64,000 nucleotides of DNA from Halarcobacter sp. (GTDB lineage Bacteria > Campylobacterota > Campylobacteria > Campylobacterales > Arcobacteraceae). The position numbers were made by a program, and so were the translations under genes. The DNA is taken from assembly GCA_048571215.1 (NCBI GenBank), contig CP182352.1, positions 1,824,001 to 1,888,000 on the forward strand, read 5' to 3'. The notes under the pieces were generated by a model. The model was not told the origin of the DNA and made no database searches. It saw only the letters and a program-made list of their open reading frames with translations. Every line of letters begins with the position of its first letter. Position 1 is the stretch's first letter. Of the stretch, positions 30,005 to 39,832 are shown one piece after another.

Positions 30005-30736
30005 CTATATTGCCTTTCTAAGTATCTTTATAAAATCCAAAGCTTTTTCATTGTCACCATGTACACATATTGTATCAGTTTTCAAAAATAGTTCTTTTCC
30101 ACTAATACTATATAAAAAACCATTCTCTTTTAAAGTTATAACTCTATTTATAACTTCTTTTTCATCAACAATTACAGCATTTGTTTCTGCTCTTGAAACT
30201 AAAGATCCATCATCATTATAGTTTCTATCTGCAAACACTTCATAAAGTAAATCTATACCATACTCTTTTGAAATAGTTTCATACTCATCATTTTTTGAAC
30301 TTGATAGTATCATAAGATTTATATTCTTATCAAAAGATGAAACAGCACTTAAAATTGCCCTAAATATATCTTCATCTTTCATCATATCATTATATAAAGC
30401 ACCATGTGGTTTAACATAAGATATATTGCTTTCTTGTGCCACACAAAACCCACTCAATGCTGCTATTTGATACAAAACTATTGAACTTATCTCCTCTTTA
30501 GTGCAAGTGATACTTCGTCTTCCAAAACCTACTAAATCTTGGTATCCAGGGTGTGCCCCAATACTTACTTTGTTTTTTTTGGCTAAGGCTACAGATTTTT
30601 TCATAGTAAGAGCATCCCCTGCATGGAAACCACAAGCAAGATTTGCCATATCAATATATGGCATAATCTTATCATCTAATCCCATTTTCCAAATACCAAA
30701 ACTCTCTCCCATATCACAGTTTAATTTTATACTCAT
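30005..30736 (-). CDS. pxpA: 5-oxoprolinase subunit A (LamB/YcsF)
   Basis: LNCDMGES, ACGFHAG, VKPHGALYN, FADR and CVHGD motifs. Confidence 0.93.
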   Translation of the reverse strand: MSIKLNCDMGESFGIWKMGLDDKIMPYIDMANLACGFHAGDALTMKKSVALAKKNKVSIGAHPGYQDLVGFGRRSITCTKEEISSIVLYQIAALSGFCVAQESNISYVKPHGALYNDMMKDEDIFRAILSAVSSFDKNINLMILSSSKNDEYETISKEYGIDLLYEVFADRNYNDDGSLVSRAETNAVIVDEKEVINRVITLKENGFLYSISGKELFLKTDTICVHGDNEKALDFIKILRKAI

Positions 30737-30755
30737 AATCTTCTCTATCTATAAA

Positions 30756-32093
30756 TTATTTTGCCGTCATATACTTAGGTAAATAGTGAACTATTTCAGG
30801 AAAAGCTGTGATTAAAACAACTGCAATTATCATTAAAATAAAAAATGGTAAGGTTGCTTTTAATATATACTCTATTTTTTCACCACTTATACTTTGTATT
30901 ACAAAAAGAGAAAAGCCAACAGGTGGGGTAATTTGTGATAACTCAACCATAAATACTAGAAATATACCAAACCATAAAGGATCAAATCCTGCTAAAACAA
31001 TAATAGGTAAAACAATAGGTAAAGTCATAACAACAATAGATATACCATCTAAAATCATTCCTAAAAATACATACATAATACCAATGATTAATATTAAAAC
31101 AAAAGGTGATAAACCTAAGGTTCCTATATATTCACTAATAGCTCTAGCAATACCTAAAAACCCAACAACTTGTGATAAAAATCCAGCTCCTACTATAATA
31201 AAACTAATCATAACTGAAGTTTTAATAGAGTTCAAAAGTGCATTTTTAAATATCTCAAAACTAAAACTTCTAAAATAAACTGCAAGAATAATAGAACCCA
31301 AAACACCTAAAGCAGCAGCCTCAGTTGGGGTTGCAAATCCACCATAAATAGAACCTAAAACAACAGCTATCAATAAAAACACTGGAAACAAATCTTTTAT
31401 AGAATGGGTAAAATCATCTATTGTATAATTATCTTTATTTTTTGGTACAACACTACTATCAACCTTTGAAGCTATCATTATATAAAATGAATACAAAGAA
31501 GCAAGTAATAGTCCAGGAAGTACCCCTGCCATAAAAAGTTTTCCTATGGAAACATCTGATAAAACCCCATAAATAATCATTATAAGTGAGGGAGGAATCA
31601 AAAAACCTAAAGTACCACTTCCTGCAAGAGAACCTAAAGCTAATGATTTTGAATATCCCCTTTTTTTAAGTTCATCCAAGGTTATTTTCCCAACAGTAGC
31701 AGTTGTAGCTGCACTTGAACCAGAAATTGCAGCAAATAAAGAACAAGCAGCTACATTTACATGAAGTAATTTTCCAGGTACAAAATTTAACCAAGGCATC
31801 AAACCATTTAAAAGCCTAGTTGATATAGATGACTTATATAATATCTCACCCATCAAAATAAACATAGGAAGAGCTGCTAAGGACCAAGAATTTAGCGAAT
31901 CATATATAGATGATGCCAACAAATCCCCTATCTTGTCATATATTGAGATAACAGGTGGTAGATTGTGGTCAAATATCAACATCCCTACGATTCCTGTTAA
32001 TAACAAGGAAACTCCAATCCAGATTGAAGATAACAAAAATACAAACATAATACAAATTATAACAATTGATAAAACTAGGGGATCAGATATCAT
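30756..32093 (-). CDS. dctM: TRAP transporter large permease
   Basis: SGSSAAT, GTLGFLIPPS, TPTEAAA and ITPPVG motifs. Confidence 0.93.
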   Translation of the reverse strand: MISDPLVLSIVIICIMFVFLLSSIWIGVSLLLTGIVGMLIFDHNLPPVISIYDKIGDLLASSIYDSLNSWSLAALPMFILMGEILYKSSISTRLLNGLMPWLNFVPGKLLHVNVAACSLFAAISGSSAATTATVGKITLDELKKRGYSKSLALGSLAGSGTLGFLIPPSLIMIIYGVLSDVSIGKLFMAGVLPGLLLASLYSFYIMIASKVDSSVVPKNKDNYTIDDFTHSIKDLFPVFLLIAVVLGSIYGGFATPTEAAALGVLGSIILAVYFRSFSFEIFKNALLNSIKTSVMISFIIVGAGFLSQVVGFLGIARAISEYIGTLGLSPFVLILIIGIMYVFLGMILDGISIVVMTLPIVLPIIVLAGFDPLWFGIFLVFMVELSQITPPVGFSLFVIQSISGEKIEYILKATLPFFILMIIAVVLITAFPEIVHYLPKYMTAK

Positions 32094-32568
32094 CTCTTAT
32101 TCCTTTTAATACAAAAACTAAAACAGTTAATATAAATATTGCTATTCCTAAAGGCATCACTAACTGCGTTAAATAAAGTGGCGTTTCTGATACTGATTCT
32201 GATACCATTTCCATTTCATATGAATCATAGGTAAATAAAATAGTTCTATAAAAAGCAAAACTCAAAACAACAATTGTAATTAAACCAGCAAATACATCAA
32301 TAAACCTATTTGTTTTTTTTGACATTTTTGAAGTTATAATGTTGATTCTAATATGTGCATCTTCTTTAAAAGTATATGCTAATCCTAAAAAAATTGAAGC
32401 TAAATATAAATATCCACTATATTCATCTGCAATCATTGTAGACATATCAAAAAAGTATCTAATAAATATCTCTATCAAAATCAATATAACCAAAGATACT
32501 AATAAAAGTGATGACAAATAAGCTCCCCAAAGAGAGAGCTTATTTATAATATTATAAAAAGTTTTCAT
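32083..32568 (-). CDS. dctQ: TRAP transporter small permease
   Basis: Four TMs; EYSGY and HIRI motifs; lies between dctP and dctM. Confidence 0.9.
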   Translation of the reverse strand: MKTFYNIINKLSLWGAYLSSLLLVSLVILILIEIFIRYFFDMSTMIADEYSGYLYLASIFLGLAYTFKEDAHIRINIITSKMSKKTNRFIDVFAGLITIVVLSFAFYRTILFTYDSYEMEMVSESVSETPLYLTQLVMPLGIAIFILTVLVFVLKGIRDDI

Positions 32569-32570
32569 GA

Positions 32571-33527
32571 TTATTTTCTATATTCTTCGAATATCTTTTT
32601 TGTATCTTTATTGGCATCTTCCAAATACTCTTTTAACATCTTATTAGCAATTATAGCTAACTCTTTTTTTAGGGTATCACTAGCTTCTGAGATGTGCATA
32701 CCATTTTTTGCCATAGTATCAAGGGCATCTTTATCTTCAGCCTTTACAGCTTGCCATTGAGCTTTTTCAATCTCTGCTGCTGCTTTTAACATTGCATCTT
32801 TTTGTGTTGAATCTAAAGAGTTCCAATAATCAAGATTGATAGTAACCGCTTGTAATGGATAGGCATAGTTTATTTTAGTAAAATCAGTTAAAACTTCCCA
32901 AAATTTTCCATCTTTTCCCGATGAAGATGAAGTGATAACCGAGTTAACCATACCTGTTCTTAGAGCTGAATATACTTCTCCCCAAGGTAAAGCAACTGCA
33001 TTTCCACCTGCATCATTTACAAACTGTGCAGAATTTTTATCGTAAGTTCTAGTTTTAACACCTTTAAAATCCGCCAAAGTTTCTAATTTTTTATTTGAAT
33101 AAAACCCAGATGCTGGCCAAGTTACTGAATAAAGAAGCTTTTGATTCCATTTTTTTGCTGTTTTTTCATATGCTGGTTTTGAGATTTGATAAAGTTTAAA
33201 AGCATCATCATATGAAGTTGCAATAAAAGGTAAAGCAGAGATACCAAATACTTTTCCCCCACCTGAAGTAAAAGGTATAAACATGTCAGTCATAGCAACC
33301 GTACCATCTTTTACAGCTTTTAAAGGATTCCCTTTTACTAAAGAAGAACCTGCATGTACTGTAATATCTACACTACCATTAGTATAATCTTTAACTAAAG
33401 AAGCAAATTTTTCAGCACCCTTTGTGTGAAAATTATTTGCACCATATTTTGCATTTAAATTCATTTTTACATTTCCAGCAAGAACTAAACTTGCAAGAGA
33501 AGCAACTAGTAAACATTTTTTTAACAT
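32571..33527 (-). CDS. dctP: TRAP substrate-binding protein, probably pyroglutamate-binding
   Basis: LPFIATSYDDAFKLY, LLYSVTWP, KTR and EVYSALRTG motifs; resembles, from memory, Bordetella DctP6/DctP7; pxp context. Confidence 0.88.
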   Translation of the reverse strand: MLKKCLLVASLASLVLAGNVKMNLNAKYGANNFHTKGAEKFASLVKDYTNGSVDITVHAGSSLVKGNPLKAVKDGTVAMTDMFIPFTSGGGKVFGISALPFIATSYDDAFKLYQISKPAYEKTAKKWNQKLLYSVTWPASGFYSNKKLETLADFKGVKTRTYDKNSAQFVNDAGGNAVALPWGEVYSALRTGMVNSVITSSSSGKDGKFWEVLTDFTKINYAYPLQAVTINLDYWNSLDSTQKDAMLKAAAEIEKAQWQAVKAEDKDALDTMAKNGMHISEASDTLKKELAIIANKMLKEYLEDANKDTKKIFEEYRK

Positions 33528-33552
33528 TGTAATCTCCTTATTTTGATAAGAG

Positions 33553-33585
33553 ATTCTAATAATTTCAAGTGAGTAATTAGTGAGT
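33553..33585 (-). promoter_or_regulatory. dctP promoter: direct-repeat box plus -10
   Basis: Minus strand ACTCACTA-att-ACTCACTT, 8 nt, then TAGAAT. Confidence 0.7.
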
Positions 33586-33598
33586 TTTTACAAATAAA

Positions 33599-34279
33599 TT
33601 AAAAAGTTTTTAATTTATATCCCTCTTGTGGGACATTTGATATCAAATCTATTGGTAATCTTTGTCTTAACTCTTTAATAAAAGTTTTTAATGCACTCAT
33701 ACTCATAGATTTATCTTTCCAAATATACTCTTCAATAATAGAATAAGTTAAAACATTGTTTTTGTTTTCATAAAGTAGGATTAAAAAATCTTTATCCCGT
33801 TTTCTTAAAACCACAAGTTCATTTTTATAATATAATTCTCTGGTTTTCATATCTAGATACAAATCATTTGAAAATGTGATTTTTTCATCTAGTCTTTCTT
33901 TGAAAACCTTTGTGATTCCATCAAATAAACTCTCAGAGGTGAGTGGTTTTAAAATATAATGATTTATATTCAGATTTATCAAACTTAAAAGATACTCTTC
34001 ATTTGAGTAGGCTGTTAACATTATAATAATAGTTGACAAATCATCTTTTCTAATATCTTCTACCATTTGAATACCATTTTTTTCTGGCATCTCAATATCT
34101 GAAATTATAAGGTTTGGTTTCTTGTCATAATACATATAATATCCATCCTCCCCATTTGAAGCCTCATAAACTTCAGCAAAATAGTATTTTAATGTATTAA
34201 CTAATCTTTTTCTAATTCCATCTTCATCCTCAACACAAAGTACTGTTAAGTTTTTTAATTGTTCTATTAATTCATCCAT
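33599..34279 (-). CDS. OmpR-family response regulator
   Basis: VEDE, SDIEMP, LTA and KP motifs; C-terminal wHTH ending in GYKL. Confidence 0.93.
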   Translation of the reverse strand: MDELIEQLKNLTVLCVEDEDGIRKRLVNTLKYYFAEVYEASNGEDGYYMYYDKKPNLIISDIEMPEKNGIQMVEDIRKDDLSTIIIMLTAYSNEEYLLSLINLNINHYILKPLTSESLFDGITKVFKERLDEKITFSNDLYLDMKTRELYYKNELVVLRKRDKDFLILLYENKNNVLTYSIIEEYIWKDKSMSMSALKTFIKELRQRLPIDLISNVPQEGYKLKTF

Positions 34280-34282
34280 TTT

Positions 34283-35806
34283 TTACACCTTGATTTTTAC
34301 TTTAAAACAAGCACCATCTTTTGTATTTTCTACACTTAACTCTCCACCCATATTTTTTTCTATTATCATTTTAGACATGTATAGTCCTAAGCCTGTTCCA
34401 TTAGAACTACTTTTTGTTGTGAAGTATGGTTCAAAGATTTGTTCTAAATGCTCCTCTTCTACTCCATTTGCATTATCTGTCACAGTTACAATTGAATAAC
34501 CATCCATATAATCAACTTCTAAATCTATCCATGGATTTTCTATATCTCTTTGAATCAATATATCTTTTGCATTTGACATTAAATTTAATAACACTTGTGC
34601 AAACTCACCTTTATATCCATATATCTCATAATTACATTTTATATTTGTATTAAGTTTTATATTATTGCTTTTTATTGAAGCAGCAATTAAAGAAATTGCT
34701 TCAAAACAAGAATCTTCTATATAAAAATAAACTTTCTTTTTATCAGGTTTGAAAAAGTTTCTAAAATCATCAATAGTGTATGACATAAACTGAATAAGCC
34801 TATTTGACTCTTTTACTGACTCTTGTATCATAGCATCATCTGCTTTTTTAAATTTTGAAGCAGTTTCTAGCTCCATAAGTATTCCAGCTACTTCACTTAA
34901 AGGCTGTCTCCATTGATGGGCTATCATAGACAGCATTGTTCCCATACGAGCAAGTCTTGATTGATGAAGCATAGCCCTATCTTTCTTTTTTGCTTCTACA
35001 ATTGCTACTTTTACTTTATTTTCTAAATTTTTATTCATATCCTCTAAAAGTAACTCTTTTTTCTTTACATTTTCTTTGTATTTACGAAAAACTTCAGTAA
35101 TCTTTTTTGACATCACAAAAGAGATAAGTCCAATAATCAACATAACAAAAAAAGATACAACTACTACTATTCTAATGTATTTATTTATTCGCTCTTCTAA
35201 TAACTTTTTATTTTCAAAAATTGACTTTTGGATATCATCAATATATAAGCCAGCTCCAATAACCCAATTATATTTTTTATAAAGTTTAAAAAAACCTAAC
35301 TTTTTTGAAAAATGAATCTCTTTTGGTTTTTGCCAGTAATAATCTATAAAAACTCCATTGGGATTTTTTAATGTTTTATCAACAAACTCTTTTATTATAA
35401 GGGAACCTATTGCATCTTTTAAATCTATATCATAAGTATTTAAGCTTTTTTGTCTAAAAGGATGAGCTCTTAAGTAGTACGATGTATCATGTATCCAAAT
35501 ATATCCATGCTTTTCATATCTTATTGTTTCTGTATATCTTAGAATCTCATCTTTTAACTCTTTCTGGCTAAGTTTTGTATTTTTTTTTACATGATATTCA
35601 ATATAATTTATAACATACTCTACTTCTTTTTTAAGAATATTTTTCTGCTTTTTAAGATACTCATCTTCAACACGTATACTCTCTTCCTCAAAGTAATCAT
35701 TTTGATTTTTTACAAAAAAGTATATATTGAATACTGCAACTAAAATTACAGTTATTATAGGAGTAAGTATGATTAATCTTGGAATATTTTTTTCTGTAAA
35801 CATCAT
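34283..35806 (-). CDS. Single-Cache sensor histidine kinase
   Basis: TM-Cache (GYIWI...WVIGAG)-TM; IAHQWRQP; GTGLGL. Confidence 0.92.
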   Translation of the reverse strand: MMFTEKNIPRLIILTPIITVILVAVFNIYFFVKNQNDYFEEESIRVEDEYLKKQKNILKKEVEYVINYIEYHVKKNTKLSQKELKDEILRYTETIRYEKHGYIWIHDTSYYLRAHPFRQKSLNTYDIDLKDAIGSLIIKEFVDKTLKNPNGVFIDYYWQKPKEIHFSKKLGFFKLYKKYNWVIGAGLYIDDIQKSIFENKKLLEERINKYIRIVVVVSFFVMLIIGLISFVMSKKITEVFRKYKENVKKKELLLEDMNKNLENKVKVAIVEAKKKDRAMLHQSRLARMGTMLSMIAHQWRQPLSEVAGILMELETASKFKKADDAMIQESVKESNRLIQFMSYTIDDFRNFFKPDKKKVYFYIEDSCFEAISLIAASIKSNNIKLNTNIKCNYEIYGYKGEFAQVLLNLMSNAKDILIQRDIENPWIDLEVDYMDGYSIVTVTDNANGVEEEHLEQIFEPYFTTKSSSNGTGLGLYMSKMIIEKNMGGELSVENTKDGACFKVKIKV

Positions 35807-35825
35807 AATCCTATTATTTTTTATA

Positions 35826-35858
35826 AGTATACTTTTTACAAGTGAGTTAAAAGTGAGT
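35826..35858 (-). promoter_or_regulatory. Kinase promoter: direct-repeat box plus -10
   Basis: Minus strand ACTCACTT-tta-ACTCACTT, 8 nt, then TATACT. Confidence 0.7.
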
Positions 35859-35884
35859 AATATAAATATCTATTAATTTATATT

Positions 35885-36619
35885 TTAATATATAACTTTT
35901 TGTAAGGCTTTTATAAAAGTAAGGGAGTTTTCTCCATCACTATGAATACATACACTATCAGCTTTTAAATAAAGTTTTGTTCCATTTATACTTGGTATAT
36001 ATCCATTATCCCTTAAAATTTTCATTCTTTCCATCACTTCAAGATCATCATTAATAACTGCATTTTGATACATCCTTGAAACTAAAGTTCCATCATCATT
36101 GTAGTTTCTATCTCCAAACACTTCATATATTAAATCGATTCCATAAAGTTTTGCAGTATAAGAGTATGCTTCATTTTTAGGTCCTGATAAAACCATTAAT
36201 CTTAGATTTCTATCAAAAGAGGCAATAGCATTTAAAATAGCCTTAAATATATTTTCATCCTTCATCATATCATTATATAAAGCTCCGTGGGGTTTCACAT
36301 AAGCTACTACTGTACCATGAGCCTTACAAAAAGCATTTAATGCTCCCAATTGATAAAGTATGATAGATTTTATCTCCTCTAAACTACAAGCTATACTTCG
36401 TCTACCAAAACCAACTAAATCTTGATATGAGGGATGAGCTCCAATTGTAACATTGTATTTTTTTGCCAATTCAACACTACGGTTCATAGTAACACTGTCA
36501 GATGCATGAAAACCACAAGCTAGATTTGCCATACTAATAAATGGCATAATCTCTTCATCTCTTCCCATCTTCCAAATACCAAAACTCTCACCCATATCAC
36601 AATTTAATCTAATATTCAT
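35885..36619 (-). CDS. pxpA: Second LamB/YcsF (PxpA) paralog
   Basis: LNCDMGES and VKPHGALYN retained; FGDR and CIHSD variants. Confidence 0.88.
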   Translation of the reverse strand: MNIRLNCDMGESFGIWKMGRDEEIMPFISMANLACGFHASDSVTMNRSVELAKKYNVTIGAHPSYQDLVGFGRRSIACSLEEIKSIILYQLGALNAFCKAHGTVVAYVKPHGALYNDMMKDENIFKAILNAIASFDRNLRLMVLSGPKNEAYSYTAKLYGIDLIYEVFGDRNYNDDGTLVSRMYQNAVINDDLEVMERMKILRDNGYIPSINGTKLYLKADSVCIHSDGENSLTFIKALQKVIY

Positions 36620-36668
36620 AATAAAACCCCGTAATTTATAAGCTATTTTAACACATATATCCTATTTT

Positions 36669-37112
36669 TTAATATTGATACATATGATACTTCTTATTTT
36701 CTTGTGCTTTTTTATCTTCAATTTTTTTATAAACCTCTAGGGCTTTTTGCTTTAAACTCTCATCTATTTTTCCTGATAAATACTCATCAAATAAGCTATC
36801 TAAAACTAAAATATACACTATAGAATTTAATTTCAAAGAATCACTATTTTTCATCAATTTATCTAAATCAATAGCATAAACTGCTTCTTGAAAAGTGAAA
36901 TATATCCTTTGATTTATATCTTCAAGCCTAAAAGAATATCCTAAAATAGTCAAATAATTTTCTTCATACTCTTTATTAAAACCTTTTTCTATTAAGCTTT
37001 TTGCATAATCTTTTATCTCTTTACTATGATTGTTAACCAAAATATTTGTCTCTATTGTTTTATTTTTAAAGCTATGTAAAAAATCTGCTATCTCTTTAAT
37101 CAAAATATCCAT
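36669..37112 (-). CDS. Hypothetical protein
   Basis: 147-aa ORF filling the intergenic space; no motif recognised. Confidence 0.7.
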   Translation of the reverse strand: MDILIKEIADFLHSFKNKTIETNILVNNHSKEIKDYAKSLIEKGFNKEYEENYLTILGYSFRLEDINQRIYFTFQEAVYAIDLDKLMKNSDSLKLNSIVYILVLDSLFDEYLSGKIDESLKQKALEVYKKIEDKKAQENKKYHMYQY

Positions 37113-37186
37113 CCAATGTTAATTTATAATTTAATGTCTAATTTTATCTTTTTTTATCTATAATAAAAGAAAATATAAGGAATATT

Positions 37187-37993
37187 ATGAAAAAAAGTAT
37201 TATATGTGCATCTTTAATTTTATCATCAACTTTAGCTTTTAGTTTTGATTTTGGCTCTATTACAAAAGAGGTTATGAAAAATGTATCAAAAGATAGTTCC
37301 ACTACTACTCAAAGTTCTAATACAAACTTAAGTACATCTACAGTTACCAATGGATTAAAAGAGGCTTTAAAGGTTGGGGTTAATTATGCAGTGAAAAATT
37401 TAGGAGCAAAAAATGGTTATTTAAATAACTCTTTAGTAAAAATACCTTTACCAGAAAATCTTCAAAAAGCAGAAACACTAATAAGAAAAGCAGGAGGTGA
37501 TCAAATTGCAAATGATTTAATCAATTCTATGAATAGTGCAGCAACAAAAGCAGCTCCACAAACTGCTCAGATTTTTGTAAATGCAATTGAGAAAATGAGT
37601 TTGGATGATGCTAAAAAAATACTAAATGGAGATAAAAATGCAGCAACTAACTATTTTCAATCCCACACTACTGATTCTCTTAAAAAGCTAATAAAACCTA
37701 TTATCCAAGAAACTATGGCACAAAATAGTGTTGCCAAATATTATGATACTTTTAATAGCTATTATAAACAATATGGAAAACAATATGTAGAGAATAGTTC
37801 TCTTATGGGAATGGCAAAAAGTTTTGGTGTAGATTCTTATCTTCCAAGTTCAAGTGATGAAAATCTTGATGACTATGTAACACAAAAAGCTATTAATGGT
37901 TTATTTAAAATGATTGCACAAAAAGAAGCTGCAATTCGTTCTAATCCTATTGAACAAACAAGTTCTATTTTAAAACAAGTATTTGGAGGATAA
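37187..37993 (+). CDS. DUF4197 family exported protein
   Basis: Signal peptide; GLKEAL..G, VKIPLP, MN.AA..A and GLFKMIA.KE..IR.NP motifs. Confidence 0.88.
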   Translation: MKKSIICASLILSSTLAFSFDFGSITKEVMKNVSKDSSTTTQSSNTNLSTSTVTNGLKEALKVGVNYAVKNLGAKNGYLNNSLVKIPLPENLQKAETLIRKAGGDQIANDLINSMNSAATKAAPQTAQIFVNAIEKMSLDDAKKILNGDKNAATNYFQSHTTDSLKKLIKPIIQETMAQNSVAKYYDTFNSYYKQYGKQYVENSSLMGMAKSFGVDSYLPSSSDENLDDYVTQKAINGLFKMIAQKEAAIRSNPIEQTSSILKQVFGG

Positions 37994-37995
37994 GC

Positions 37996-38619
37996 CTAAA
38001 GCTTATCTATCCTTTCAATTTCTCTATGAAAATATCTATATATAAAATTTTTTCTAGCTAAACTATCATTATAAGTTTTTTTAAATCTTTTTTTATCACT
38101 AAACTTATCATCATATGATGTATCATAAGATTTTAAAAGTTTTGCGTATAGCTTGCCACTATAATCTAATATAAACTTCTGTGTATTTGTGCTATAAAGA
38201 CTTATTAAACTTAAATAAGAATCATCAATTTTATATGTTATAAAACTCATATTGCCTATATCAATACTCTCTACAGTTTTTAAATATTTTATTTTTAATT
38301 CTCTTTTCAAATTTATTTCAAAAAAACTAAGTGGTAATCCACTCCACTTACAATTATGTTCCAAACTAATCGATTCAACAAATAACTTACCAAAATTGCT
38401 ATTTTCATCAAATATAGTATAGGAATCCATTACACATGAAGAAAACCAACCCTTATAGTCTGCTTGTTTTGAAAATTCTACTTTTGTACCAGTTGAAAAC
38501 ATCAACTTATTATCTTTTGCTAAATAGGCATTGGTAAAGTTTTTATTAGCACAAGCAGAAAAACTAAGCACCAATAAAACTAAACTTACTAAAGCAATTA
38601 TATATTTACTCCGTACCAT
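37996..38619 (-). CDS. Hypothetical lipoprotein (paralog of 38606-39169)
   Basis: Lipobox FSAC; aligns by eye with its neighbour. Confidence 0.75.
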   Translation of the reverse strand: MVRSKYIIALVSLVLLVLSFSACANKNFTNAYLAKDNKLMFSTGTKVEFSKQADYKGWFSSCVMDSYTIFDENSNFGKLFVESISLEHNCKWSGLPLSFFEINLKRELKIKYLKTVESIDIGNMSFITYKIDDSYLSLISLYSTNTQKFILDYSGKLYAKLLKSYDTSYDDKFSDKKRFKKTYNDSLARKNFIYRYFHREIERIDKL

Positions 38620-39169
38620 CGAAAAATCCTCTCATACTATTTTCTTTTACAAGTGAGATATTAAAATTAATATCACCTTTTTGTTCATTTTCATAACAAT
38701 ACTTATAGTTTTTGTTTAAGCTTAAAAGTAAATTTTTATACAGATTACCTTTTACATCTATAACAAAAAGTTCAGAAGATATACTATATACATAAATCAT
38801 ATGTATTATAAAAGAATCATCAATTCTATATATCTTAAACTCATAATTGGGAAACTCTTTTTTCTCAATTACTTCAAAGTATCGAATACCCAATTTTTTT
38901 TTAAAAAAACCTTCATATAAACTTAAAGGTTGTCCATGCCAAACTGCATTAGAATCAGTTTTTAAATATTCTAAAAATATTTCATTGTTATTTAGCGTAT
39001 AAGCTTCATACACAAAAGGGTCATGCCTAGTCTTTAAATCATAATCTTCTAAGTCATATTCAAAATACTCATCTAATTGTGTTTTAAAATATAATTTATT
39101 GTCTTGAAACTTGTAAGTAGGCATAGAAGCGTTAAAAATATTATTTAGTATTTTTTTAAAAAAACCCAT
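38606..39169 (-). CDS. Hypothetical protein (paralog of 37996-38619)
   Basis: No signal peptide; RBS AGGA; 14-nt overlap with the next gene. Confidence 0.75.
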   Translation of the reverse strand: MGFFKKILNNIFNASMPTYKFQDNKLYFKTQLDEYFEYDLEDYDLKTRHDPFVYEAYTLNNNEIFLEYLKTDSNAVWHGQPLSLYEGFFKKKLGIRYFEVIEKKEFPNYEFKIYRIDDSFIIHMIYVYSISSELFVIDVKGNLYKNLLLSLNKNYKYCYENEQKGDINFNISLVKENSMRGFFDGTE

Positions 39170-39399
39170 ATTCTAATCCTAAATTTTTACTTAACACTTT
39201 ATCATAATATATACTTGCATTTCAAGCTAATTATAAACTAATTTTAAATTTATTTATTATGCCATTTTATAATTTTTTATAATAAAAATTTATAAAAATG
39301 AAATAAAAAATGAAATTAACTATAAAATTAATTCAAGGGATTAATAATTGCATAACTTTATAATGATAAACTTTTTTAAAATTCAAATAAGGTATAAAA

Positions 39400-39792
39400 A
39401 TGAAAATAGCTATTCCAGTAAAAGATGAAAATTTAACATTTTTCCCAAATGCAGGACATACTCCTAAATTTGCCGTATACACCATGACAGGAGCTGGTAT
39501 GTTCAAGTCATTTACACTAGAAGGTATTAAAAATAACCCAAGAACAGATATAGACCATGATCATCCAGAAGAGGATCATGCTTGTGATCATAGCCATGAT
39601 GATGAAGAACATATCGAACAACATAACAAAATGGGTAGAGCATTAAAGGATTGTGACTATATTGTTGTAAAAACAGCTTGTAAAAATACAGCTAAGTCAT
39701 TTACATCCGCTGGTTTAAAACTAGTAAAATATAATGGTGAAGCTTTTCAAACAGAATCTATTTTAAGAGAAGTTTCTAGTAAATTTATATAA
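39400..39792 (+). CDS. NifB/NifX-like (FeMo-cofactor-binding fold) protein with His-rich insert
   Basis: MKIAIPV...GH..KFAVY and LKDCDYIVV; DHDHPEEDHACDHSH insert. Confidence 0.75.
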   Translation: MKIAIPVKDENLTFFPNAGHTPKFAVYTMTGAGMFKSFTLEGIKNNPRTDIDHDHPEEDHACDHSHDDEEHIEQHNKMGRALKDCDYIVVKTACKNTAKSFTSAGLKLVKYNGEAFQTESILREVSSKFI

Positions 39793-39822
39793 AAATCAAG
39801 AGTGAAGATACTCTTGATTTTT
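39791..39822. terminator. Bidirectional intrinsic terminator
   Basis: AAAAATCAAGAGT-GAAGAT-ACTCTTGATTTTT between convergent genes. Confidence 0.85.
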
Positions 39823-39832
39823 AATCTTTAAT

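Noticed and set aside
30808..31278. 156-aa antisense ORF
   Set aside because: Shadow of hydrophobic dctM codons
39263..39300. Imperfect AT-rich palindrome upstream of the NifX-like gene
   Set aside because: Almost all A/T with indels; expected by chance at this composition
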